52,977 nucleotides of DNA from a virus: positions 1 to 52,977 of IMG/VR virus record IMGVR_UViG_3300048917_000597; one strand, given 5' to 3'. The position numbers were made by a program, and so were the translations under genes. Under the pieces are notes generated by a model that saw only the letters and a program-made list of their open reading frames with translations, searched no databases and had not been told where the DNA came from. How positions within the stretch are numbered: position 1 is the stretch's first letter; the number at the start of each line of letters is the position of its first letter. This document shows, piece after piece, positions 1 to 9,285 of the stretch.

Positions 1-127
1 CCGTTGCCGGCCCGCATCAGCTTCAGCTGGTTCGTCGGCTTCGTGCCGGAGCCGGAGTAGACCGGCGCCACCTTCTTCGAGGTGTTCTCCGGCAGGTAGT
101 AGATCGTCTTCTCCGGGCTGTGCCCGA
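1..127. repeat. Terminal direct repeat, copy 1 (identical to 52851..52977)
   Basis: Read directly: bases 1-127 (ccgttgccggcccgcatcag...ctccgggctgtgcccga) recur base for base as the last 127 bases of the window. This implies a circular or circularly permuted molecule with 52,850 unique bp. Confidence 0.97.
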
Positions 128-353
128 CCAGGCGGCCGCCGGTCAGGTAGAGCCCCGAGCTCTGGACGGCGAAGTCGGTGAGCGCGATCCGCTCCACCGG
201 GTGCAGCTGCTCGAGCAGGCGGTCCACCTCGGTGAGCGCCGCGGTCAGCTTGGCGTTGGCGTCGGTGAGCAGCGCGTCGACCTCGGTGCGCTCGTGCTGC
301 AGTGCGAGCTCGAGCTCGGCGAGGGCGTGGTCGGTGTCGTCTCGTGCGGTCAT
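1..353 (-). CDS. Tail fibre/tailspike-like protein, 5' portion (gene crosses the window break and continues at 52850..52193)
   Basis: ATG at 353 is preceded by AGGAG with a 5-nt spacer, right after the LamG gene stop (362-364). The N-terminus MTARDDTDHALAELELALQHERTEVDALLTDANAKLTAALTEVDRLLEQL looks coiled-coil. The frame runs open to base 1 and matches the frame of ORF 52193..52921 through the 127-bp identity (353+658=1011 nt, divisible by 3). Confidence 0.8.
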   Translation of the reverse strand, partial: MTARDDTDHALAELELALQHERTEVDALLTDANAKLTAALTEVDRLLEQLHPVERIALTDFAVQSSGLYLTGGRLVGHSPEKTIYYLPENTSKKVAPVYSGSGTKPTNQLKLMRAGN

Positions 354-361
354 GCCTGCTC

Positions 362-1060
362 CTAGATGAGCGAGTAGTGGTTGGCTACCTCGGTCGGGGT
401 CAGCACACGGGTCCACAGCGAGACCTCGTCGAGCGTGCCGCTCATGTCCCAGAAGTCCTGGTAGTCGTGAAGGTACACGGCCTGGCCGGAGTTCTTCAGG
501 TCTCCGGTCAGCGTGCCGGTCGCGACGACCGAGCCGTTGACGATGAGCTGCTGGGCTCCCGAGGTGTACGTGGCGATCACGTGGTACTGCGTGCCGATGG
601 CCCACGTCGGGCCGACGAGGTCTGTCGAACCGCCGGAGTCGTTGTACCAGCGCATCGACAGCTTGCCGCCGGTGTCGAACCACAGCAGCCAGTCGGGAGA
701 TCCGCCGAACCTGGCGACGATGCCGGAGTTGTTGGGGTTGCTGGCGTCGGGCTTGACGAGGCACTCGATGCTGAACGAGCTGGCGGCGTCGATCGCGTTG
801 GACATGGGGATGCTGCTACAGGTGACACGGGTGTTCATGCCGCGGCCGCCGATGGTGAGCAGGCCCGCGACGTCGACCTTGCCAGAGGAGTACACCGCGT
901 CGTAGGCGTGGCCGCTCGAGTCGGCACAGACGGTGGCAGCAGCCGACTCCTCGAACCGGAAGTAGGCCAGGGGCCCGTCCGCCAGGATCGTCGCCGGGTA
1001 GTCGAGGATCGGTGCTGAGCGGCGCGAGCTGAAGCCCCGGCGGCGTCGTGGCGTGGTCAC
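362..1060 (-). CDS. LamG / concanavalin-A-like lectin domain protein (probable receptor-binding accessory)
   Basis: The ORF track gives 362..1087. GTG at 1060 forms a GTGA overlap with the upstream stop and is the preferred start. The sequence ...DGPLAYFRFEE...LSMRWYNDSGG...YHVIATYTSGAQQLIVNGSVV...GTLDEVSLWTRVLTPTEVANHY matches the recalled Laminin_G_3 pattern (ending iDEv.lw.r.Lt..Ei..hy). Confidence 0.75.
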   Translation of the reverse strand: MTTPRRRRGFSSRRSAPILDYPATILADGPLAYFRFEESAAATVCADSSGHAYDAVYSSGKVDVAGLLTIGGRGMNTRVTCSSIPMSNAIDAASSFSIECLVKPDASNPNNSGIVARFGGSPDWLLWFDTGGKLSMRWYNDSGGSTDLVGPTWAIGTQYHVIATYTSGAQQLIVNGSVVATGTLTGDLKNSGQAVYLHDYQDFWDMSGTLDEVSLWTRVLTPTEVANHYSLI

Positions 1061-2088
1061 GTGGTCGTGTCTCCGGAGACGACCCACTCATCGGTGCCGA
1101 TCTTCTCGATCTGCACGTAGGTCCACTGGCCGTTGGACTTCAGCCCGTGAGCGCCGTGCACCGTGGTGCCGCCGGCTCCGACGAAGGTGACCTGGCCGGT
1201 GCCCGCGGTGAGCACGTTCAGCACGGTGCCGACCGGGAACGCGACGCTGGCGTTGGTCGGGATCGTGTAGGTCTGCGCCGAGCTGTTGGTCGCACGCACG
1301 CGGCGGTGCTTGTCGTTCATCACGAACGTGTAGGTCGTGCCGGTCTGCGGGTTCTCCGCGACCGGAGCGATGTCGGCGTCGGTCAGGCCGGTGACCGTCA
1401 GAGTGATTGTGTCGGCCCCATCGTTTACGGTGACGGTGAGGTTCGTCGACCCGACGAGGGCAGCACCGATCACGTCGCGGACCTGCTCGTCGGTGTAGCC
1501 GGCGCCGGGACTGGCCGCGATCGTCAGGGTTCCGGCCACGTCGTTGTAGGTGACGGTGACGTTGGTGCCGGCCACGATCATCGCGCCGACGGCGTCCTGC
1601 ACGCCCTCGAGGTCGAGACCGACCGGCAGCACCTTGGTGCCGTCGGCGTCGATGACGTCGCCGTCTCCGTCGAGGAGCGCGAAGCCCCCGGCCTCGCCGA
1701 CCTTGAAGGTGGCGACCTGCTTGGGCAGGAACGTGGAGAGGATGCACTCGCGCAGGTTGATCGGGTCGGCGTCGAACGGGACCTCGAGCACGTAGTTCTC
1801 GGTGGTGCCGTTGTCGAGGTGGACCTCGACGACCAGCTTCCAGCCCTCCTCGCTGATGTCCGGGTCGTTCGTGCTGGGCACGTCGACGGAGAAGGACGGC
1901 AGCAGGGTGTCGGTGATCTGCAGCTCGCCGCGGGCGAAGACCCCGGCGGGGATGATCACGTCGTCGGTGATCGAGGTGACGCGGGTCGGCACGGTCACCT
2001 TGTACTTGCCGCCCATGAGGTCGCCGGCCTGGGTCACCCAGGTTCCGTAGACCGGGACCTTGTCCCAGCTCGTCGGGGGAACGGTCAT
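1057..2088 (-). CDS. Minor tail / tail fibre protein
   Basis: 343 aa, ATG 2088 with GAGGAG 6 nt upstream. Repeated beta-strand modules (GTNVTVTYNDVAGTLTIAA, STNLTVTVNDGADTITLTV) are typical of actinophage minor tail proteins. It sits between the nozzle and the lectin genes. Confidence 0.7.
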   Translation of the reverse strand: MTVPPTSWDKVPVYGTWVTQAGDLMGGKYKVTVPTRVTSITDDVIIPAGVFARGELQITDTLLPSFSVDVPSTNDPDISEEGWKLVVEVHLDNGTTENYVLEVPFDADPINLRECILSTFLPKQVATFKVGEAGGFALLDGDGDVIDADGTKVLPVGLDLEGVQDAVGAMIVAGTNVTVTYNDVAGTLTIAASPGAGYTDEQVRDVIGAALVGSTNLTVTVNDGADTITLTVTGLTDADIAPVAENPQTGTTYTFVMNDKHRRVRATNSSAQTYTIPTNASVAFPVGTVLNVLTAGTGQVTFVGAGGTTVHGAHGLKSNGQWTYVQIEKIGTDEWVVSGDTTT

Positions 2089-2098
2089 CGTCGGCTCC

Positions 2099-5000
2099 TC
2101 ATGGTCGCGCCGTGTCGATCATAGGGACCGGCGTCCCGTTGGTGGTGATGGACTCGTAGCCGTAGGCCGCGCGCTGGTACTCGAAGGTCTCGACCGAGCC
2201 GTACTCGTAGCCCACGTTGACCGTGGTCGGGGTGTAGCGGTACTGGACCAGGTTGATCTGGCCCTGGAAGTGGCGCACGCCGTCGTCGATCTCGGAGGTC
2301 TCGGCGTAGAAGAACCACTCCTTCATGTCCCGCCGGATCTGGAGGTAGTCGTCGAAGTCCCACATCAGGTCGCCCGGCGGGTTGTTGTCGTTCACCAGCT
2401 TGCTGATGTCGACCCGCTTGCCGTGCACGTCAAGGCCGCGGATGCCGTAGCGGAGCTGGCCCTGGAAGTTGCCGAGGACGATGTTCAGCTGCTGCACGTG
2501 AGCCCAGGCGTCATGCGCACGGTTGGCGCCTTGGGTGTTGGTCTCGAGGCGGAACCGGATGTCGCGGGCGAAGAGCGACTCGCCGAGCTGAACGGTGTCG
2601 TCCTGGTAGTAGTACGGGTCGAGGTAGAAGATCCCGTCGGGCCGGATCACGCTCATGTAGATCTGGCCGCCGAACTCGATCTTCCGCAGGCTGTGAGCCT
2701 GGATGGTCCAGCGACTCCACGTCTGCGTGGTGGCGCCGGCATCCATGACCCAGATCTCGTTGCCGTGGCAGCCGGGCTCGACCGGCTCACCGTCAGGGTT
2801 GTTCACGATGTAGTAGAGCCGCTGGTCGTGGACCGAGGAGATGATGTGCTGCTTGGTGGCCAGCCGCTCCCAGACGTTCTGGATCTGGTCGGTCTGGCTC
2901 TTGTGGTTGATGTTGTACATCGTGGCCGTGCTCTTCATCAGCTGCTCGTCGAGCGGGTGGTAGAGCGCGTTGTTGAAGACCTCGACGCCGTACGGCGACG
3001 TGGTGCCGGGTGTGGCCGTGGTCTCCTCGAAGCCCATGACGTTGACGGTCTCGGACTGCGAGCTCACGCTGGCCGGCGCCATGTAGTAGCTGGTCGACAT
3101 CCCGTCGGTGCCGAGGCACAGGATCGTGATGGTGTCGGCGGACTGCGGGTTCTGCCACAGCTTCACCGCAGCGGGGATGAACAGGTTGCCGGACGTCAGG
3201 GTCTTGTAGCCGCCACCCTTGTTGGCGGTGAAGTCGGTGTAGTCGCCCTGGCGGTTCGACGTCCACCGGATCACCGCGGCGTTGTCCTTGTCGTAGACGA
3301 GGATCATCCGGTCGCTGCAGACCATGCCGTTGGCGGCCCGGCTCGGGTCGGAGTAGTTGAAGCGGTTGGCCGAGTTCGGGATGACCGAGACGTCGGAGGC
3401 CGTGTCGTTGACGACCGGCGTCATCCGCAGCCAGGAGTCGGCGCCGATGTCGGAGTCGGCGGCCAGGGACCGCTCGGCGATCTTCACTGCCGTGGTGGGC
3501 ACCGGGTCCTGGTCGGACCACGTGTACATGTACAGCGACCACGACGTGGCGCCGTTGGCCAGCGCGTCGGCGAACACGTCGGCCGGCATGGTGGCGACCA
3601 GCTGGTCGGCAGCGAGGTTCGGGTCGGAGATGTCGTTGCCAGACGGCTCGCCTGCGACGTTGGGTGACTCCCAGCGCCACTGGCTCCAGCCGCGCTGGGC
3701 CCGGATGGCAGTGACCCTGGACGCGGCGGACTCGCCCACCTCGTTGGCGATCGTGTAGAAGAAGGCGAAGTTGTAGACGTTGTCCGCGCTGGTGCTGCTG
3801 ATCAGCGTGTCGGCGGTCTTGGTCTCGGCCGGCGGCACGACCAGGCCGGTGGCGTAGATGACCTGGAGGCTGACGGTGCCGAACCAGGAGTTCACCCGCG
3901 TGCTGGTGTCGGCGGTGTCGCCGTCGAAGTAGGCGCCGGGGGTCGAGACTCCGGCCTCGAGCATGAGCCCGTCGATCAGGTGGTACTCGCCGCGCGGCAC
4001 GGCGGCGATCTGGATGTTGACCAGCACCTGCGTGGTCCCGGCGAAGCCCGTTGCGCCGGAGTCGTAGCGGGTCCACGAGCCGGAGGCGTCGGCACTGGGG
4101 GTCGAGGATCCGGAGCCGAGCAGACCGGCAGAGCCGAAGTACTGCGTCGTCATGGTGACGGTGCGGCCGGTCGCGCTCGAGCGGACGTAGCCGTTGAAGC
4201 TGTACGGCTGGTTGTTGGCCGGGCGGAGCGCACCGATCGCCACGGTCTTCGGCGGGTGGTACACGCTGGCGCTCGCGCCGGAGGTGCCGGTCCAGAAGTA
4301 GTTGGCGCCGCTGGCGCCGGTGAACATCGTGGTCGGCTCGTCGGACTGCGCCACGAGCACGTTGTGGAAGCGCCACTGCTGCGTGCCGGCGTTGTCGGTG
4401 GTGGCGGCGGGATACACCCGGAACTTCACGGCACCGGCAGGAGCCGTCACAGGGCCGGTGCTGCGCCGCCCTGTGCCGCTGCTGAGGGGCTGGTCGGTGT
4501 CAGAGCCCACCTGGGCGCCCGTAGAGCCGTAGAAGCGAAACCGGATCTTGAGCTTGTCGATGCCGCCGGACCGGCTCTGGACGTCGATGGTGGCCCGGTA
4601 GGTCTCACCGGCCACACACTCCATGGTGTCGACCATGTTGACGTAGCCGGTACGGACGGTCGGCCCTGGCGTGATCGTGGCCAGCAGCGCCCCGGAGTCA
4701 GCGATGATGGCGTCGGTGCCGGAGCCTTCGTTCCAGCCAGCGATCGAGGACGTGTGCAACGGCCGCGGCGCGAGGTTGGTGCGCTCGGGCATCGACTCGA
4801 TCCGCAGCGCCTTGGTGCCTGTTCCGGCGATCGCGGACGGCGCGGTGACTCTGGAGCTCTCGCCGTTGATGAGCCAGTCGTCACGGTTGGCCTCGAAGCT
4901 CGGGTTGGGCAGGACGTTGTACCGGTAGCCGGTGATGGTGCCGGAGTTCACCCAGGCAGCGTCCGGGTGTACGACGGTCAGCTTGTCGGCCAGTGTCCAC

Positions 5001-5569
5001 GACGGACGCTCGATCGCGTTGAGACGGCGTGCGCGCTTGTCGTTGCCGACGTAGAACAGGCGCATCGGCTCGCCCGCGTTGGAGAGCGCGAAGATCTTGT
5101 TGTCGATCTGCAGGTACTTCACGTAGGTCGTGGCGCTCGTGAAGTTCAGCAGGGGGTCGACCTCGAAGGCGATGCCCGGTGCGTCGAGCTCGTAGACGAC
5201 GGAGCCCGCGGTGTCGACGCGGAGCACCCGGAAGCCGACGGTGGCGTCGTCCTCGATCACAGCGAACAGGTACGCCTTGGAGCCGTCGTTGAGGTAGAAC
5301 GCCTCGTGCGTGCCGACCACCTGGTTCTGGATCGGCACAGCCCCGAGACCGGCGTCATCCGGTGCGGTGTCGTAGGACATGTAGCGAAGACCGGGACGGA
5401 GCCGCGCGGACCCGTCCCGGTTGATCATCACGTTCTCCATGATCCGGAGCGACGTGGGATCCGAGAGACCGGGCGGGTACGCCGTCGACCAGCCGGAGAA
5501 CTCGCGCAGGTAGGCGCGGCTCAGCGGCCGGTCAATGGGTGCCGGGACCTGGCCCTTCGGGGCGGGCAT
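2099..5569 (-). CDS. Nozzle / tail tubular protein B-like (T7 gp12-like) with carbohydrate-binding-module-like insertions
   Basis: 1156 aa with a TGATG junction to the upstream gene. The N-terminus (..SLRIMENVMINRDGSARLRPGLRY..) resembles the recalled T7 gp12-family start (N...dG...kRPG). The central region has jelly-roll/CBM4_9-like signatures (NVLPNPSFEANRDDWLING..., ...LMLEAGVSTPGAYFDGD). Confidence 0.65.
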   Translation of the reverse strand: MPAPKGQVPAPIDRPLSRAYLREFSGWSTAYPPGLSDPTSLRIMENVMINRDGSARLRPGLRYMSYDTAPDDAGLGAVPIQNQVVGTHEAFYLNDGSKAYLFAVIEDDATVGFRVLRVDTAGSVVYELDAPGIAFEVDPLLNFTSATTYVKYLQIDNKIFALSNAGEPMRLFYVGNDKRARRLNAIERPSWTLADKLTVVHPDAAWVNSGTITGYRYNVLPNPSFEANRDDWLINGESSRVTAPSAIAGTGTKALRIESMPERTNLAPRPLHTSSIAGWNEGSGTDAIIADSGALLATITPGPTVRTGYVNMVDTMECVAGETYRATIDVQSRSGGIDKLKIRFRFYGSTGAQVGSDTDQPLSSGTGRRSTGPVTAPAGAVKFRVYPAATTDNAGTQQWRFHNVLVAQSDEPTTMFTGASGANYFWTGTSGASASVYHPPKTVAIGALRPANNQPYSFNGYVRSSATGRTVTMTTQYFGSAGLLGSGSSTPSADASGSWTRYDSGATGFAGTTQVLVNIQIAAVPRGEYHLIDGLMLEAGVSTPGAYFDGDTADTSTRVNSWFGTVSLQVIYATGLVVPPAETKTADTLISSTSADNVYNFAFFYTIANEVGESAASRVTAIRAQRGWSQWRWESPNVAGEPSGNDISDPNLAADQLVATMPADVFADALANGATSWSLYMYTWSDQDPVPTTAVKIAERSLAADSDIGADSWLRMTPVVNDTASDVSVIPNSANRFNYSDPSRAANGMVCSDRMILVYDKDNAAVIRWTSNRQGDYTDFTANKGGGYKTLTSGNLFIPAAVKLWQNPQSADTITILCLGTDGMSTSYYMAPASVSSQSETVNVMGFEETTATPGTTSPYGVEVFNNALYHPLDEQLMKSTATMYNINHKSQTDQIQNVWERLATKQHIISSVHDQRLYYIVNNPDGEPVEPGCHGNEIWVMDAGATTQTWSRWTIQAHSLRKIEFGGQIYMSVIRPDGIFYLDPYYYQDDTVQLGESLFARDIRFRLETNTQGANRAHDAWAHVQQLNIVLGNFQGQLRYGIRGLDVHGKRVDISKLVNDNNPPGDLMWDFDDYLQIRRDMKEWFFYAETSEIDDGVRHFQGQINLVQYRYTPTTVNVGYEYGSVETFEYQRAAYGYESITTNGTPVPMIDTARP

Positions 5570-6366
5570 CAGCCGGGCCGTCGCTCATCGGCGTGCGGGT
5601 GGCCGTGGTACATGTAGTTGCCCAGGATGCCGTTCTGCACCGGGACGAAGAACTCGTTCTCGTAGGGGCTGTCGGTGTTGCGGTCGTCGCGCTCGATGAT
5701 CTGGTACATGAGGTCCTTGTACTGGGCCTCGAGCGTCTGGACCCTGGGCTGCATGATCGGGTCGGTCTGCGCGTAGAAGTAGGCGGCGCGCAGCACGACG
5801 AGGTCCGGGTAGCTGAAGTCGATCGGCTGGTTCCGCACGTCGTCGGGGATGACCGGCTCGGCGTCGGCCGGGCTCTCCGGTGTCGGGGGCAGCCGGAACT
5901 GCACGGGCTCGCGCATCACCGGCAGCTGGACGTCGAGCCCTGCCTCGAGCTCGGTGAACGGCCGGCTGAACTTCACCGTGGTGCGGGTGACCGCAGCCCA
6001 CAGCGCGCCACGACTGGCGTACTTGTAGATGGCGTCGCGCGGCAGGAAGTACGCCCACTCGACGGTGAAGCCGTCCTCATTGACCAGGCGGACCGCGTCG
6101 TCGTTGATGATGCGCGGACGCACGGTGGCGTCAATGTACATCTCGGAGTGACCCTCGACCGCGGGCCCAAGTGATGCGGTCGAGGAGTAGAAGGACCACT
6201 CGTGCTCGACCGCGAGCGATCGCATCGCGCGGTTCAGCTGGCGCGCAATGATCCGGTAGCGGTCGTACTCGGGGCTGTAGGTCAGGTCGAGTCCGGTGAG
6301 GAGCGCGAGCACCTCACCGACCGCGTCGTCGAGCGTGAACGTCAGCTCGGGGTTGATCTCGGTCAC
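5569..6366 (-). CDS. Probable head-tail adaptor / tail tubular protein A-like
   Basis: The start is taken at GTG 6366 (GTGA overlap with the upstream stop). The track ORF extends to 6516, but that extension is Arg/Pro/Ala-rich and overlaps the upstream gene. The call rests on position directly upstream of the nozzle gene and on size (265 aa). No motif was recognised. Confidence 0.45.
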   Translation of the reverse strand: MTEINPELTFTLDDAVGEVLALLTGLDLTYSPEYDRYRIIARQLNRAMRSLAVEHEWSFYSSTASLGPAVEGHSEMYIDATVRPRIINDDAVRLVNEDGFTVEWAYFLPRDAIYKYASRGALWAAVTRTTVKFSRPFTELEAGLDVQLPVMREPVQFRLPPTPESPADAEPVIPDDVRNQPIDFSYPDLVVLRAAYFYAQTDPIMQPRVQTLEAQYKDLMYQIIERDDRNTDSPYENEFFVPVQNGILGNYMYHGHPHADERRPG

Positions 6367-7397
6367 GTCTCCCACTTTCGCAGCGTGGCGCCCTCGGGCT
6401 TGGCCGGCGCGAGCGTGGTGAGCGTGGCGCCTCTGGAGTTGTCCGAGAGGTAGCCGTCGAACTGGGGTCGGCCTTCCCAGTTCTGGATCTTCGCGGGCGG
6501 GCCCGGGTCGCGCCATGCCTTGCCGGAGCCGACCTTGGCTCCGTGGAACGCCTGCGCGGCACCGGCCGCTGCATCGTGCTGCTTGGCCCGCGTCTTCTTG
6601 CTGGCGATCGCCTCGTTGGCCAGGCCGAGGAACTCAGCCTTCTGGCCGAGGGTGTTGCCGAGCTGGGTGTACGTGTCGTTCTTGCGGTCGTAGTAGTTGG
6701 TCCAGAGCAGGTCGCGGTTGGCCGAGTCCTGGTTGTAGCGGCTCAGCCGGGCATCGGCGGTGTCGCGGTTGAGGTCGGTGAGCGAGGAGTTCACGCTGCG
6801 CTGCGTGTCGAAGAACGAGCGGCTGATCTCGGACTGGTTGGCGTTCCAGTTGTGCAGCGCCATCTGCTGGGCGGCGAGCACGTCGGACTCGCCGGCACCG
6901 TTGGCGAACGCCTCACTGAGAGCGTTGGCTCGCTCGCGGCCCTTGTTGGACAGGTTCGCGTAGGACTGCGCGTCGGCCGACTTCTCGTTGTCGGTGGCCG
7001 CGCCCACGAGCGAGCCGAAGCGAGCGCGGTAGCCCGCCATCAGGTGACGGTCGTCGCGGCGCAGGCTGCGGTCGAGGTTGCCGAGCTTGATCTCGAGCGC
7101 CTGCCGGAAGCCCTCGGAGCTGAGCATCCCGCGCAGCGCGCGGATCTGGCCGTTCAGGTCCTTGGCGTCCTGCAGGTAGCGCTGGCTGGTGGCGACGTCG
7201 TCCTTGTGCTGCTGGGCCTTGGCCTGGGCCTGGGCCTTGGCGTAGGCATTGGCCTGGCTCGTGCCCGAGTTCGTCGAGGAGCTGCCGGTCTGCGTCGAGT
7301 CGCCACCGGTCTTCGTGCCACCAGTGGCCGGCGGCTTGTGGTGGTGACCGTGAGGAGTCTTCGGCGGGGTGTAGACGGTGCCGCTGGGGCTGGCCAT
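6363..7397 (-). CDS. Virion-block protein of unknown function (Gln/Asn/Ala-rich, coiled-coil-like)
   Basis: ATG 7397 lies 9 nt after GGAGG; the alternative is GTG 7403 (GTGA overlap). Composition is realistic, with a His-rich N-terminus (PHGHHHKPP) and AQAQAKAQ helices. Codon bias is consistent with its neighbours. Confidence 0.7.
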   Translation of the reverse strand: MASPSGTVYTPPKTPHGHHHKPPATGGTKTGGDSTQTGSSSTNSGTSQANAYAKAQAQAKAQQHKDDVATSQRYLQDAKDLNGQIRALRGMLSSEGFRQALEIKLGNLDRSLRRDDRHLMAGYRARFGSLVGAATDNEKSADAQSYANLSNKGRERANALSEAFANGAGESDVLAAQQMALHNWNANQSEISRSFFDTQRSVNSSLTDLNRDTADARLSRYNQDSANRDLLWTNYYDRKNDTYTQLGNTLGQKAEFLGLANEAIASKKTRAKQHDAAAGAAQAFHGAKVGSGKAWRDPGPPAKIQNWEGRPQFDGYLSDNSRGATLTTLAPAKPEGATLRKWET

Positions 7398-7399
7398 GC

Positions 7400-8758
7400 T
7401 CACTCGCCTCCAAGGTCGAACAGCTTCCGGACCTGCTGGGCGTTACGGTACTGCGTCGCCGGGTCGGTCCCGAGCGGCGTGCCGTACGTCTGCGCCTGCT
7501 TGGTGCGGGTGTCGATGTAGTTGACGAAGGCGTCGTACTGCTCGGGCGTGAAGGTGTTGGCGGCGTAGGCCAGGCCGACCTTCGGGTCGTTGGCCTTGTT
7601 GACCATGCCGTCGAAGACCTGCTGGAAGTTCGCCGACAGCGGGTCGTCGCCCCAGCCGGGCCGCGTGGGCAGCGAGTCGGACGGGATGCCGCCGAGCCGC
7701 CGCACATTGTCGGAGCCGACGTTCTGCACCGACCGGGCGAAGGTGGCCATCAGCTGGTTGCCCTTGGACAGCGCCTGCTGCAGCCGGGCGGTGTCGTTGG
7801 CCAGCGTGGCGCTGAGCTGGACCTGGTCGTTCTGCGGCTGGGTGATCTGCGCGATCGGGTTGGCCAGCTTGCCGAGGTCGTCAGCGCTGATCGCAGCACG
7901 GAGGTGGAGGAAGTCGTCGAGGTCTGCGTTCTGGTCGGTGAAGCCGATGGAGCGCAGGAGGCTGACGGTCTCGGGCGCGTAGGTCTTGGACCCGCGGCCC
8001 TCGCCGAACATGTTCTTGACCTCGTCCTTGTACTGGGTGCGCATGCCACCCTGCTTGTCGGCCTCGAGGTTCGCGCTGTAGGCCGCCTGGTTGTTCAGGT
8101 CCTTGCGGACGGCGGCGACCAGTGCGCCGTTGAAGTCGACGGCCGATCGCTGCTGCGGGGTGAGTGCGTCGTACTCGGCCTGCGTCATGTGCTGGGTCGA
8201 GCCGGGAGTGGTCGGTGTGCTCGCCTCGTCGGGCGGGCGCAGCATCGCGAGCCGGTCCTTGCGGTCGACCTGGCGCCGGCTGGCCTGGTACTCGTCCTTC
8301 GGCGGAGGAGTCGTGAGCTGCTGGTACTCGGCCATCGTGTGGTCGCTGGGACCGTGAGCGCCCCACGGGTCGGACGGGTGGAGCTGGGCGTACATGTACG
8401 CCTGCATCCGGTCGCCACCCTGCGACGCCGGGAGCGCGGTCATGCCGGTGCCGTGGCCCACGTCCTCGGGCTTCATGCCGAGGTTGGCGGCCGCCGGCAC
8501 AGCCTTGTCGGCTGCCTCACTGAGACCGGGCGTCGGGCTGAAGCGCGCCTGCAGCCAGGCGTTCTGGCCGGGCGTCATGTCCTGGCGGGTCGGAGCCTGC
8601 GGAAGCGGGTGGTTCCACGGGTTCAGACCCTGGGGGGCTGGTGACCCGGACCGGGTCGACGACGGAGCAGGCGTCGTCTCGGCACGGGGGTTTGCCTGAG
8701 CCCGCTGCAGCCGGGGCATGGGGGCCCGCTGCGTGTCCAGGTCACCAGCGCTCTGCAT
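7400..8758 (-). CDS. Virion-block protein of unknown function (452 aa)
   Basis: ATG 8758 has GGAGGAG 5 nt upstream. The track ORF extension to 8992 overlaps the upstream membrane-protein gene and was discarded. No motif was recognised. Confidence 0.7.
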   Translation of the reverse strand: MQSAGDLDTQRAPMPRLQRAQANPRAETTPAPSSTRSGSPAPQGLNPWNHPLPQAPTRQDMTPGQNAWLQARFSPTPGLSEAADKAVPAAANLGMKPEDVGHGTGMTALPASQGGDRMQAYMYAQLHPSDPWGAHGPSDHTMAEYQQLTTPPPKDEYQASRRQVDRKDRLAMLRPPDEASTPTTPGSTQHMTQAEYDALTPQQRSAVDFNGALVAAVRKDLNNQAAYSANLEADKQGGMRTQYKDEVKNMFGEGRGSKTYAPETVSLLRSIGFTDQNADLDDFLHLRAAISADDLGKLANPIAQITQPQNDQVQLSATLANDTARLQQALSKGNQLMATFARSVQNVGSDNVRRLGGIPSDSLPTRPGWGDDPLSANFQQVFDGMVNKANDPKVGLAYAANTFTPEQYDAFVNYIDTRTKQAQTYGTPLGTDPATQYRNAQQVRKLFDLGGE

Positions 8759-8760
8759 GG

Positions 8761-9039
8761 TTACTCCTCCGGGTTGAGCTGGGCGTAGCTCGGTGCCTTG
8801 TTGACCCCGAGCAGCCAACCGAAGCCGGGCCACACGTGCTCGGCCAAGAGGTTCACCACGAGATTGAACAGCCCGACCAGGATGGCGAAGGCGGCACCGG
8901 CGAGCACAAGCTGCGTGTTCTCGTCGATGTTGACCTCGATGCCGTGGTCGAGGAGCCACGAGAGTCCGGCCGTGATGAGCAGCGGCACCCACACCGAGCA
9001 GGCGGTGCGGATCGCTGCCACGATCTTGTCGTGGAGCAT
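8761..9039 (-). CDS. Small membrane protein (2 predicted TM helices); holin candidate
   Basis: 92 aa with hydrophobic stretches SVWVPLLITAGLSWLL and LVLAGAAFAILVGLFNLVVNLL. It is tightly coupled to the upstream gene (3-nt gap). Confidence 0.6.
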   Translation of the reverse strand: MLHDKIVAAIRTACSVWVPLLITAGLSWLLDHGIEVNIDENTQLVLAGAAFAILVGLFNLVVNLLAEHVWPGFGWLLGVNKAPSYAQLNPEE

Positions 9040-9042
9040 GGG

Positions 9043-9285
9043 CTACGCCGGGGTGTGGGTGTCGACACCAGCGGTGTCGTACCAGTGGGACGTGGGCGTG
9101 GCGCCGTTGGCCACGACGACCTTGTTGGTCGTCGAGTTCAGCACCATCTTGCCCTTGGCCTTGTTCTTGACGTTGATGGGATCCGTCGCAGTGGTGAGCT
9201 GCGTCGTGGTCGCCTGCGGCAGAACGAGGCTGGCCGAACCCCGGGACGTGTTGAGCCCCAGGTTCTTGCTGTTGAGGTCAGGCAT
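9043..9285 (-). CDS. Small structural-block protein (80 aa, Thr/Asn-rich)
   Basis: ATG 9285 has AAGGAG 7 nt upstream. The LVLPQATTTQLTTATDP...HWYD segment loosely recalls fibre-type l.lP.gtTaqR repeats. Confidence 0.6.
   Translation of the reverse strand: MPDLNSKNLGLNTSRGSASLVLPQATTTQLTTATDPINVKNKAKGKMVLNSTTNKVVVANGATPTSHWYDTAGVDTHTPA

Noticed and set aside
1-127. Reading the 127-bp end identity as a biological direct terminal repeat
   Set aside because: It falls inside a continuous coding frame, and its length equals a common maximum assembler k-mer. A genuine DTR cannot be confirmed or excluded without reads, so it is reported as circular closure only.
2060-5617. Plus-strand ORFs 2060..3667 and 3980..5617, and alternate-frame minus ORFs (for example 2793..4376), over the nozzle gene
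   Set aside because: Same shadow-ORF character (Arg/Pro/Gly-rich). They overlap a gene with a coherent protein sequence.
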